Notes: generated by a model from the sequence alone, not told the origin. Counted from the stretch's first letter, positions 25,813 through 34,396 are shown. The stretch is DNA of 64,000 nucleotides from Syntrophus sp. (in: bacteria) (GCA_025355725.1 JANXZC010000158.1:2714-66713); one strand, 5' to 3'. Numbers and translations: made by a program.

Positions 25813-26325
25813 ATGAAGGTAAAGAGAAGAATGTTGAGTGTTTTGATTGCGGGCCTGCTGGTTTTCGGTATGGCCGGAGGGGCCATGGCGGCTTGGGGTA
25901 CGAAGGAGCTTGATACGGAGAAGAGCGCCGTGACCTTCGCCGCGGAAGTGCAGCGGGGGGGCTACAAGGTAGTCGGCACCCAGGAACTCAAGAGCTGGAT
26001 CGACCAGAAGAAACCTATGCTCATCGTCGACACCATGCCCTATGAAGACAGCTACAAGAAACAGCATGTCCCCGGAGCCGTCCAGATGCTGTTTCCCATT
26101 CCCGAAATGACGACCCTCGACAACAAGACCAAGGCCGACCTGGAGAAGCTACTCGGGCCGGACAAGAATCGCCTCATCGTTTTCTACTGCGGTTTCGTCA
26201 AATGCACCCGGAGCCATAACGGGGCCATGTGGGCCGTGAAGCTCGGTTACAAGAACGTCTATCGTTATCCCGGCGGCATCAAGGCCTGGGCGGAGGCGGA
26301 TTATTCCATTGGGACGGTAAAATAA
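25813..26325 (+). CDS. exported single-domain rhodanese
   Basis: Signal peptide (LSVLIAGLLVFGMAGGAMA), HVPGAV, and the active loop FYCGFVKCTRS. Confidence 0.8.
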   Translation: MKVKRRMLSVLIAGLLVFGMAGGAMAAWGTKELDTEKSAVTFAAEVQRGGYKVVGTQELKSWIDQKKPMLIVDTMPYEDSYKKQHVPGAVQMLFPIPEMTTLDNKTKADLEKLLGPDKNRLIVFYCGFVKCTRSHNGAMWAVKLGYKNVYRYPGGIKAWAEADYSIGTVK

Positions 26326-26328
26326 CCG

Positions 26329-27441
26329 GTGGTTGATTTCAAGAAAGAGTGTAAAAATTGCAACACTTGCGCCCACGTCTGCCCTTTTATGGCGGAATAC
26401 GGAACGCCGGGGGAGATCCTTGCGGAGCGCCCGGAAGTCTCGTTTTATTGCACGTCCTGCGGTCGGTGTAACGCTGCCTGTCCCCTCAAGCTGTCACCAG
26501 CCGCTGCTTTTTTCGAGACCAAGGAGCGGCTGGTGCAACAGAATGAGGTCCCGGCAACCGTCCGGAAGGTGCTTGACGGTGCCCGGGGGTTCGCAAGAGC
26601 CGGGCACGGGTTTCCATTTTCATTTTATGGAAGTAAGGATACAGTCTTCTGGCCGGGATGCGGTCTCGCCGCAAACCGGCCGGGACTGGTCCGCAAGCTT
26701 CGGAAAATATTGAGTAGTCAGTTGAGGAAGCAGGTCGGGCTGGTCCTCGATTGCTGCTACGATTCTGTTTACAGGTTAGGCGATACGGAAACGGCCTTGG
26801 CCGCCTTGCAGGAAATAAACAAACGCCTTCGTGATCACGGCGTCAGACAAGTAGTCACCGGTTGTCTGAATTGTTACAAGCTCCTGTCCCAGCATCTTGA
26901 AGACATTCAGGTTGTCTTCATCCTGAAGCTTTTGCCCCCGGATCTCTTTGAGAAGAAGTGGGCGGGGCCGGCATATCTTCATCACCCCTGTCCGTCCTCC
27001 CGGTGGAAGGGAATCAGGAACACTGCTAAGGGTTTGATTAATTATTTGCGTGAAACTACAGTATCTATAGCGACAGCTTCAGGAAAGGGGATGGATTCAA
27101 AATCGGCCCCCCTTCCAGCGGCTCTCCCTGTTACCGAGGTGTCCGAAGCCCTTTGCTGCGGCGCCGGCGGCGGCCTGTGCTCCTCATCCCCGGAGCTGGC
27201 CGACCGTTTTCTCGACCGGATCGTTGCGGAAGGAAGAGGCCGAACCATGGTAACGTATTGCGTCGGCTGTCAGAACCGCTTCCTCAAACGGGGCGTGGAA
27301 GCGGTCCATCTGCTCGAATGCCTGCCGGGGATAAAGCCGCGCCTGGAGGTATCTTCCCCCCTCAAGCAGTGGGGCAACCGTTTGGCCCTGGCCGTGATCG
27401 AAAGAGTGAAAACGAGGAAATTCCTGCCGCCCTTCTCATAG
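26329..27441 (+). CDS. Fe-S oxidoreductase with two 4Fe-4S motifs and CCG (heterodisulfide-reductase-type) Cys-rich domains
   Basis: CKNCNTCAHVCP and CTSCGRCNAACP ferredoxin motifs, plus the later LDCCYDS, TGCLNCY, ALCCGAGGG and YCVGCQN motifs. The start is a GTG. Confidence 0.7.
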   Translation: MVDFKKECKNCNTCAHVCPFMAEYGTPGEILAERPEVSFYCTSCGRCNAACPLKLSPAAAFFETKERLVQQNEVPATVRKVLDGARGFARAGHGFPFSFYGSKDTVFWPGCGLAANRPGLVRKLRKILSSQLRKQVGLVLDCCYDSVYRLGDTETALAALQEINKRLRDHGVRQVVTGCLNCYKLLSQHLEDIQVVFILKLLPPDLFEKKWAGPAYLHHPCPSSRWKGIRNTAKGLINYLRETTVSIATASGKGMDSKSAPLPAALPVTEVSEALCCGAGGGLCSSSPELADRFLDRIVAEGRGRTMVTYCVGCQNRFLKRGVEAVHLLECLPGIKPRLEVSSPLKQWGNRLALAVIERVKTRKFLPPFS

Positions 27442-27624
27442 CCCTTCTGGTTGGCGGCGGTATTTGCTTCAATGAAATTAATATCTTTTCGGAGCCATTA
27501 TTGGTACTATTACTCTGTTTTTACCCGTCGCCCCGGGGTCGTTTTTTCGTAAGATTGGGGAAAACGAGACGACGGCGCTTCCTGATAAACCCGGGAAAAA
27601 GGACGATACAGGAAAGGAGATTGA

Positions 27625-27960
27625 GTGATGGCTGACTATTATGAACAGAAAGACTTGGCGGATTTTGCGCATATTGGGGAATACGCTCCGGAATTGGGCA
27701 AGAAGTATTTCGATTACTATGGAGAGGCGCTGAAAGACGGCGCCCTGTCGGCACGGGAAAAGGCGCTGATTGCCCTGGCCGTGGCCACAACACAGCATTG
27801 CCCGTATTGTATCGACGCTTACACGAATCAGTGCCTGTCTCTGGGGGTATCCCAAGAGGAAATGATGGAGGCGGTTCATGTCGGGTCGGCCATGGTGGCC
27901 GGGATTGTCCTGGCCCACTCCACTCAGATGCGAAAGATCATCAAGAAAAAGGAGATGTAG
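27625..27960 (+). CDS. carboxymuconolactone-decarboxylase/AhpD-like protein (the peroxidase-like partner of ArsS-type radical SAM genes)
   Basis: 111 aa containing ALIALAVATTQHCPYCIDAYT (CxxC in the AhpD-like position). Its stop is 2 nt before the radical-SAM ATG. Confidence 0.8.
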   Translation: MMADYYEQKDLADFAHIGEYAPELGKKYFDYYGEALKDGALSAREKALIALAVATTQHCPYCIDAYTNQCLSLGVSQEEMMEAVHVGSAMVAGIVLAHSTQMRKIIKKKEM

Positions 27961-27962
27961 CA

Positions 27963-28925
27963 ATGGATGAACCCAGGATTCATCCCTCCTTTGAGCAGAA
28001 GATGGCCGCCCCCCTCAAGGCGGAGGGCATCGATACTTTTCAGATTAATCTCGGCTACCGATGCAACCTTGAATGCAGGCATTGTCATGTCGAAGCGGGT
28101 CCAAACCGGCGGGAACTCTTGTCCCGAGCGGTGATGGAGATGTGTTTGCAGGTCTTACAGTGCCACCCCATTCCCACCATAGATATCACCGGTGGAACCC
28201 CGGAGATGCATCCCGATTTCCCCTGGTTCCTGGAAGAATGCGCCGCCTTGGACCGTCGCATCCTCGTGCGGACCAACGGCGTCATCCTTCTGGAAGGGCC
28301 ATACACGCCCTTTCTCAATCTCTATGCCAAGCATCGGGTGGAAGTTGTGGTGTCCTTTCCCCATGTGGATATGAAGATGACAAACCGGCAACGGGGCGAG
28401 GGCGTTTATTCCCGACTGATTGAAGCCGTCCGGATGCTAAACGCAAGGGGCTATGGGCAACCCGGCAGCGGGCTTATCCTGAATCTGGTCCACAACCCCA
28501 GCGGGGCCTATCTTCCGGGCTTGCAGAACAGCCTGGAAAACCATTACCGCCAGGCCCTCAAGGAAAAGCATGGGATCGTCTTCAACCAGCTCTTCTGCAT
28601 CACGAATATGCCCATTGGGCGGTATTTAACATTCTTAAAAAAGACAGAAAACTATGAAGAATACATGACCGCCCTGGTTAATGCCTTCAACCCTGCCACC
28701 TTGGAGAGCGTCATGTGCAAGTATAGCCTTTCCGTTGGCTGGGATGGCAAACTCTATGACTGCGATTTTAACCAGATGCTGGGCATGACGGTGAACCACG
28801 GCGCCCCGGAACATATTGAGATGTTTGACTTGAACAGTCTTGCCAACCGCCGGATTGTTACGGGGAATCACTGCTACGGCTGCACAGCGGGGGCGGGAAG
28901 TTCATGCCGGGGTGAGATTGCATGA
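27963..28925 (+). CDS. arsS: radical SAM/Cys-rich-domain protein of the ArsS (arsenosugar biosynthesis) family
   Basis: I chose the ATG at 27963 (MDEPRIHPSF...); the 27798 extension overlaps the previous gene. It has the CxxxCxxC cluster GYRCNLECRHCHVEAG and the C-terminal Cys-rich tail GNHCYGCTAGAGSSCRG typical of this family. Confidence 0.78.
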   Translation: MDEPRIHPSFEQKMAAPLKAEGIDTFQINLGYRCNLECRHCHVEAGPNRRELLSRAVMEMCLQVLQCHPIPTIDITGGTPEMHPDFPWFLEECAALDRRILVRTNGVILLEGPYTPFLNLYAKHRVEVVVSFPHVDMKMTNRQRGEGVYSRLIEAVRMLNARGYGQPGSGLILNLVHNPSGAYLPGLQNSLENHYRQALKEKHGIVFNQLFCITNMPIGRYLTFLKKTENYEEYMTALVNAFNPATLESVMCKYSLSVGWDGKLYDCDFNQMLGMTVNHGAPEHIEMFDLNSLANRRIVTGNHCYGCTAGAGSSCRGEIA

Positions 28926-29653
28926 TAAAGGCAGGCGCTATGATCGTCCGGCCTGTTTTGGTATTGCTGACCCTGACGCTCCTTACTCAGACTACGGCGC
29001 TGGGAGCGGAACAGACGATTCTCTTCCGGGAGAACTTTGAGAGCCTCGCCCAGTGGGAGCCCCTGACCTTTCCCAAGATCAAGGCCCATTCAACCTACAC
29101 CCTGGTCAAGGAAGGGGGGGAAACCGTATTGAAGGCCGAAAGCCGGGCTTCCGCCTCAGCCCTCGTCTATCGCCGGACCTTCAATATCTATGATTATCCC
29201 CATATCCGCTGGCGCTGGAAGGTGACACAGCTATCGGACCGGGGAAACCCCAAGGAAAAAGCGGGGGACGACTATCCGATCCGGATCTATGTCATGTTTC
29301 AATATGATCCCGACAAGGCAACCTTGGGCGACCGCCTGATATACGGGGCCACCAAGGCGATCTACAGCAAATATCCGCCCCACAGCACCCTGAATTATGT
29401 CTGGACGGGCTATAGTCTTCTCGAGCGGGTTATTGTGAGTCCCTATACGGAAAAGGCCCGCATCGTGATTCTGGAGCAGGGCAAACAAAGGGTAGGCCAG
29501 TGGGTGGAAGAGTCGGTCAACGTCCTTGCGGACTACCGGCAGGCCTTCGGCAAAGATCCGCCGCCGATTGCCGGCCTTGCCGTCATGAGCGATACGGACA
29601 ACACCGGAGAAAGTGCGGTTGCGTACCTGGATTTTATTGAAGTGGGACGATAA
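28922..29653 (+). CDS. DUF3047 exported protein
   Basis: ATGA overlap with arsS and a signal peptide. The motifs WEPLTFPKIKAHSTYTLVKEGGETVLKAESRASASALVY...IRWRWKV...AGDDYPIRIYVMF are present. Confidence 0.68.
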   Translation: MIKAGAMIVRPVLVLLTLTLLTQTTALGAEQTILFRENFESLAQWEPLTFPKIKAHSTYTLVKEGGETVLKAESRASASALVYRRTFNIYDYPHIRWRWKVTQLSDRGNPKEKAGDDYPIRIYVMFQYDPDKATLGDRLIYGATKAIYSKYPPHSTLNYVWTGYSLLERVIVSPYTEKARIVILEQGKQRVGQWVEESVNVLADYRQAFGKDPPPIAGLAVMSDTDNTGESAVAYLDFIEVGR

Positions 29654-29919
29654 GTGAAGAACTGTCCCGTAAAACAAAACCCAAGCCGATTGGCCTGATA
29701 GCCCGGCAGAGAAATGAAAAACGGGGAACACTTTCGTCAATACGTTAATAGTATCGATATCTTAACCTATGCCGGAGCACCGGCGGAGGTTTTTGGGTCA
29801 GGGAAGGTGCTTCAAGCGGATAGCTCTAAACTACCTATTTTAACTGTACTTTCCTGCTTCGCCCCTGATTGCGCGTAGTGCCTCCAAAGGCTCTGAAAAT
29901 ATATGTGTCCTTGCTACTG

Positions 29920-30375
29920 TCAAAATAAGGATTCATCGTCATGCTTCCTGATGACGGCGCGGACATCTTCGTTCCCTTTCTTGATCACAAAGGAGGCACT
30001 TCCTTTCGCGATTAATTGGTTACTCTCATCGAAGAGCTCCGCCTCCGCATGGGCCAGGCGGCGGCCGCGGCGGATGAAACGGCCCTTTCCGAGCAAATTG
30101 CCACTTTTTACAGGCATAAAGTAATGGATCTGCAATCCTGCCGTCATGATCATTTCATTGTCATTCAAAAACGGGAAAATGGAGGCGCTGCAGGCCGCAT
30201 CAGCCAAGGAGGCGATAACACCGCCGTGGACCGTCCCCCAGAGGTTCATATGTTTCCTTGTCGATGATATCCTGAGTAGCGAGCCACGTTCATCCATCAT
30301 CTCTATCTGTAGCGATATCGTCTGGAAATAGGGTACTCCCCCGATTTTAGACCGGATGTATTCCCTGATGTTCAT
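29920..30375 (-). CDS. PaaI-family hotdog-fold thioesterase
   Basis: NLWGTVHGGVIASLADAA...GLQIHYFMPV...GRFIRRGRRLAHAEAELF. Confidence 0.8.
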   Translation of the reverse strand: MNIREYIRSKIGGVPYFQTISLQIEMMDERGSLLRISSTRKHMNLWGTVHGGVIASLADAACSASIFPFLNDNEMIMTAGLQIHYFMPVKSGNLLGKGRFIRRGRRLAHAEAELFDESNQLIAKGSASFVIKKGNEDVRAVIRKHDDESLF

Positions 30376-30379
30376 CCGC

Positions 30380-31729
30380 TCAACTCCCTTGTTTTTCCGG
30401 AAGGATCAAAGCGCCGGCAACGAGATCCATGATCTGAACCACCTTCATGTCCAGTTGGTAATGGCTGATCAAATCCCCAAGGCCGTCGCGGCAGTTATGA
30501 CACATTGTACAGACAACATCGGCGCCGGTTGTTTTCAACTGCTCAGCTTTTATTTTGGCGACCTCCAGGCGTATGTCGCGGTACTCGGGCATGACCAGGA
30601 GACCGCTGCCGCCGGTGCAGCAAAAATTGTTCATGCCGTTGGGGTGCATTTCCCGGAAATCGGAGCAAATCTGTTTCAATATCCAACGCGGTTCCTCGAC
30701 GAGGCCGCTGTAGCGAGCGACATTGCAGGAGTCATGGAAGGTAACGGATGCTCTATATCTGGACCGGTCGACTTTGATCATGCCTTCCCTGAGGTAACGT
30801 ATGATGGTTTCGATAACCGACTCCGTGGGAATCGTCTGATTGTGCTTTGCCCAGTTATATCCCTCCCACCGGACGGAGCGATAGCCGTGGCCGCACTCGG
30901 AAACCACGATTCGTTTTGCCCGGAGCCTTGCGGCTGCCTGATAGAGATTGCCTGCCATGAAGGCGCCCAGACGATCATCGCCGGAAAAAAGACCGAAATT
31001 TGTCTGGTCCCATCCGTGCCGGGGAAGAGTCCAGCTTTCCCCGGCGAGATAAAAGAACTTTGCGGCGTTTATCAGGGAGCGGGGATCATATTTAACCTCC
31101 CGGGGGTTGACGGCGTAGATGAAATCGCAGTCCTCTTTGTCCACCCCTATCTCCACGTCATTCACCCCTAATTCATATTGAACCTCGTCACGGACCCAAC
31201 TAAGGGAGTCTATGAAATCTTCCTCCGTAACGCGCATCTGATTGCCCATTTCCCATTGATTCCTGCATACATTCGACATGCCTTGCGGAACGACACCCAC
31301 CTCCATGAGAATACCCCGGGCCAAGCGTATCAGGGCCGCATTGTCCACGCCCATGGGGCAGTTGAAAGTGCACCGCCGGCACCCGCTGCAAGTGCCGAAG
31401 ACAATATCCTTCAGGCGAGAAAGATCCGTCTCTTCCGTCTTGCCGCCTGCCCCGACCCAGCGGGGAAAGACCCGTCCCAGCCAATCCAGGTGACGATTAA
31501 ATATTTTCCTGATCTGGTCGGCCTTGTAAGCGGGGCTCATGAACGGGTCGTGGGGCCTCGCCAATGCGTAATGGCATGATTGTGCGCATTCCCCGCAATG
31601 CACGCATGTCACCATGGAACATGCCGTTTGCCTATTGATCCTGGCGCGCAGTAGCGCCGGGATTCTTCCGGCCGTGGCAAGCGCCGGATCTCCTAACCGG
31701 TTCCCGGATAGATGAGTATTTGCGTTCAT
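30380..31729 (-). CDS. DsrK/HdrD/HmeD-like Fe-S protein (two ferredoxin motifs plus CCG domains)
   Basis: CVHCGECAQSCH and CSGCRRCTFNCP, followed by SECGHGY, HDSCNVARY, NFCCTGGSG and CTMCHNC. A GGAGGTG RBS is present. Confidence 0.7.
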   Translation of the reverse strand: MNANTHLSGNRLGDPALATAGRIPALLRARINRQTACSMVTCVHCGECAQSCHYALARPHDPFMSPAYKADQIRKIFNRHLDWLGRVFPRWVGAGGKTEETDLSRLKDIVFGTCSGCRRCTFNCPMGVDNAALIRLARGILMEVGVVPQGMSNVCRNQWEMGNQMRVTEEDFIDSLSWVRDEVQYELGVNDVEIGVDKEDCDFIYAVNPREVKYDPRSLINAAKFFYLAGESWTLPRHGWDQTNFGLFSGDDRLGAFMAGNLYQAAARLRAKRIVVSECGHGYRSVRWEGYNWAKHNQTIPTESVIETIIRYLREGMIKVDRSRYRASVTFHDSCNVARYSGLVEEPRWILKQICSDFREMHPNGMNNFCCTGGSGLLVMPEYRDIRLEVAKIKAEQLKTTGADVVCTMCHNCRDGLGDLISHYQLDMKVVQIMDLVAGALILPEKQGS

Positions 31730-31762
31730 TAAATTGCACCTCCGTATAGTTTAGCCATGCCG

Positions 31763-32431
31763 TCAGGAAAGGCCGCTGATCTTGCCGTTGCCGATGTTTC
31801 TATGTCCCATTGTTTTCCCCAGGTAGTAACGTGTAAAGGGGTAATAGAGGTAATGGATGATCTTTGAAAAGGGAACATAGAAGTGAAAGAATGCCGCCAT
31901 CAGAAAGAACGCCCATAAGGGACCGTTGCCCATCATGAGTGAGTTGACGGAGATGGCGCCTAGGGCCGCAGCATAGAAGGCCGTCATCATGATCAGCGCA
32001 AAATAATCATCGGGCGTACTGATCATCCTTAAAGACGGCTCCGCCAGACGCCGATAAAGCCTGAGCAGGCCGACGACAAATGCCGCCCCCAGGGTGATCT
32101 GCAACGTCCTCATGAAGAGTCCATATTTCAACAGCTCCGGCCGGTAGGGAATGAAATATGTCAGACTGATGGCAGCGGCAGCGCCAAGATGGAATAAGAC
32201 AAACTGTACATAGAACACCGGATTCCTGTTGCTGCCTTCCCTGGTCCAGGGTTTTGCCACCGCCAGCAGCGAGCTTACCACCACGCCCGCCGGCTGCCCG
32301 GCAGGCAGCGTCCTCTCCCTGGCGGCGCTGAAATTCAACAGCCAGATGATTCTCAGGACATAGGCGATGCCCATAAACGCAAGGACCGCCATGTGAAGCT
32401 TATGCTGGATTATGCCGAGAAATTCATTCAT
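31763..32431 (-). CDS. DsrM/HmeC/NarI-like integral membrane cytochrome-b-type subunit
   Basis: 222 aa with five or six TM helices carrying conserved His (FVLFHLG, FFHFYVPFSKIIHYLYYPF). It sits immediately upstream of the DsrK-like gene. Confidence 0.6.
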   Translation of the reverse strand: MNEFLGIIQHKLHMAVLAFMGIAYVLRIIWLLNFSAARERTLPAGQPAGVVVSSLLAVAKPWTREGSNRNPVFYVQFVLFHLGAAAAISLTYFIPYRPELLKYGLFMRTLQITLGAAFVVGLLRLYRRLAEPSLRMISTPDDYFALIMMTAFYAAALGAISVNSLMMGNGPLWAFFLMAAFFHFYVPFSKIIHYLYYPFTRYYLGKTMGHRNIGNGKISGLS

Positions 32432-32520
32432 GGTTCCCCCTGATAGATCGATAAGAAATTCCGTTGCCTAAGTTTATAAAACCAGTTTCATGAAAAAGTA
32501 TCGATATGAGTAAGACGTGA

Positions 32521-32838
32521 TCAAACACAGCCATCCGGTTTGGGCAGACCGGCAATCCGGCATGCCCCCCTTGCCAGTCCCACGGGAAACAGCCCCTGAA
32601 GCTGTTCCAAACGAAGCCCGGTGCTCTGACAGACTTTCCTGATCAGGGGCGCCGTCTTGTTCTTTTCCCAATATTCTCTCACATAATTGATGACGGCCCA
32701 GTGTTGCTCACTCAGTTCAACGATACCTACGCCTTTCGCAATGCGTCGCGCCAAATCCTCATTCCAGAGTTCCGGTCTGAGGAGATAACCGTCACCGCTG
32801 TATTCAACGGTTATTGCGCCGATTAATAATGCTTCCAT
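32521..32838 (-). other. dsrC: DsrC-like module, possibly also translated independently from an internal start
   Basis: An internal ATG at 32838 is preceded by AAGAGG (32853-32848) at 9-nt spacing. The 105-aa product MEALLIGAITVEYSGDGYLL...ARGACRIAGLPKPDGCV has the normal size and C-terminal arm of DsrC. Confidence 0.5.
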
Positions 32839-33852
32839 ATGATTCGACCTCTTAAAACCGATTTTTGATAATCTTTTATTCCAACCGGGGAAACAGGTCA
32901 GAACATTCAGATAGCAGAGCATGACGGGAAGCTGCACCAAGGGTCCCGCAATGGCAATGGACAGGGCCTCTGTCCCGCTGAAGGCCGTCATAGCCAACGC
33001 CATGGCAATGGCCGTATTCTTTGTCGTCGCCCCGATGGTCACAGCGACGCGATCACCGTAAGGTAGACGGAATGCTAGGCACGCGAGGGTAGCCATAATG
33101 AGAAGGAGCAGGGAAAACGATATGGCCGGCAGGATCATCTCGAGAATGAAATGGGGGCTGTGGGAGAGGAAGGGCGCGTTCGTCGCGGCAATGATGAATA
33201 ACATGAGCAACAGCCCCATTACGGAAATATTCTGAAGAAATCCTTTCATGTCGGCAAAGGTCGCCTCGCCATGTCTGCGTATCACCCAATGTCTGACCAG
33301 GGCCGCCAGGAGCATGGGCAGGATAATGATCAGGAAGAGATACTTGCCAATCAGGAATATGGGAACGGGGACGACCTTGCCGATGAGGACCCAGCTCCAG
33401 AAAGGAACGGAACCCAGACTCAGGAATAGACTCACCGCCGAGATGGTAACGGACAGATTGACGTTGCCCGCCAGCATCCCCGTATAGGCCGGTCCCATGC
33501 CGCCGGCGGGGATCATCCCGAAGATGAGCAAACCAACCGTCAGGCCCGTTATTGATTTTGCCGGCAGCAAGGCCGTCAATCCGTACATCAGTAACGGCGA
33601 CATCAGGATGTTAAAAAAAAGCGAAATGAGAAACGGCAACGGCCGGGCGGCGACGTCCACAAGTCTCTTCCTGTTGATCTCCAGGAAGGTGGGAAAGAGC
33701 ATCAGCGCGCAGGCCAGGGGCAGGAGCAACCTGATCGGGGGCAGGGAATGGAGATTGCCGATGAGGATGCCGGCGGCGAAGGCGGCGAAAGAACATATCC
33801 CCAGGTTCCGCCTGATCTGCATCGTTATCTCCATGATGAACATTTTCCCCAT
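32521..33852 (-). CDS. bile-acid:Na+ symporter (BASS) family transporter fused in frame to a full-length DsrC/TusE domain
   Basis: The N-terminal ~335 aa are polytopic (about 10 TM, BASS-like). The last 105 aa are a complete DsrC ending GACRIAGLPKPDGCV, with both conserved Cys. Confidence 0.65.
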   Translation of the reverse strand: MGKMFIMEITMQIRRNLGICSFAAFAAGILIGNLHSLPPIRLLLPLACALMLFPTFLEINRKRLVDVAARPLPFLISLFFNILMSPLLMYGLTALLPAKSITGLTVGLLIFGMIPAGGMGPAYTGMLAGNVNLSVTISAVSLFLSLGSVPFWSWVLIGKVVPVPIFLIGKYLFLIIILPMLLAALVRHWVIRRHGEATFADMKGFLQNISVMGLLLMLFIIAATNAPFLSHSPHFILEMILPAISFSLLLLIMATLACLAFRLPYGDRVAVTIGATTKNTAIAMALAMTAFSGTEALSIAIAGPLVQLPVMLCYLNVLTCFPGWNKRLSKIGFKRSNHMEALLIGAITVEYSGDGYLLRPELWNEDLARRIAKGVGIVELSEQHWAVINYVREYWEKNKTAPLIRKVCQSTGLRLEQLQGLFPVGLARGACRIAGLPKPDGCV

Positions 33853-33879
33853 GTCCCGGCCCTTCCCGTAGCGAAATCG

Positions 33880-34305
33880 TTAAGGTTTTTTCTCCATCAG
33901 AATGTCCACCAGCAGCCCCGTCGCTCTCCCCGTCAGCTCTTTACACTTGATATACTTTTCCTGTTCCCCCAGACTCTCAAGAATATCTGCGCAGTTGGTC
34001 GAGCCGAAAGCCGCGCGGAAGGCGTTGCGAAACGCCGTTACCACTCTTGCTGCCTCACGGAAATCCTTGCCCTGCTCCATACGGCCGAAAAGGTATCCCG
34101 CGGCGATCACGCCCCCCGTCAAGGCCCCGCAGATATCCTCATGTGACCTGCCGATGCCCCCGCAAAAGCCCGAGGCAACCTTGACGGGAAAGCCGTCGGG
34201 ATTCTCGGCGAAATGATCGATGATCGTCTTGGCAATGGCCTCGGAACAGCAAAATCCATTGTTGAAATAATCGAACGCCTTTTTTTCCAGTTCTTCTTTT
34301 TCCAT
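33880..34305 (-). CDS. C_GCAxxG_C_C family redox protein
   Basis: FNNGFCCSEAI...CGALTGGV...NCADILE...KCKELT match the family's namesake Cys pattern. Confidence 0.85.
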   Translation of the reverse strand: MEKEELEKKAFDYFNNGFCCSEAIAKTIIDHFAENPDGFPVKVASGFCGGIGRSHEDICGALTGGVIAAGYLFGRMEQGKDFREAARVVTAFRNAFRAAFGSTNCADILESLGEQEKYIKCKELTGRATGLLVDILMEKKP

Positions 34306-34344
34306 GTCATGGACCTCCCGTTTTTTTGTTGAAAAAAACCATGG

Positions 34345-34362
34345 TTTGCATTATAATGCAAA
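34345..34362. promoter_or_regulatory. perfect 18-bp palindrome TTTGCATTATAATGCAAA, a candidate LysR operator overlapping -10 hexamers
   Basis: Perfect dyad in the 91-bp divergent region between the C_GCAxxG_C_C and LysR genes. The centre reads TATAAT on both strands, and a half-site copy (TTTGCATAA) recurs at about 34379-34387. Confidence 0.5.
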
Positions 34363-34396
34363 TGAATTGTAATTATTATTTGCATAATTTAAAATT

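Noticed and set aside
27452-27467. sigma54-like element TGGCGG-N5-TTTGCT upstream of the AhpD-like/arsS genes
   Set aside because: The GG-to-GC spacing is one base longer than the -24/-12 consensus, and the -24 element deviates (TGGCGG versus TGGCAC). That is too weak to call.
27798-27962. N-terminal extension of the radical-SAM ORF (track start 27798)
   Set aside because: The extension overlaps the whole 3' half of the AhpD-like gene in another frame. The ATG at 27963 follows that gene's stop by 2 nt and gives a normal ArsS N-terminus.
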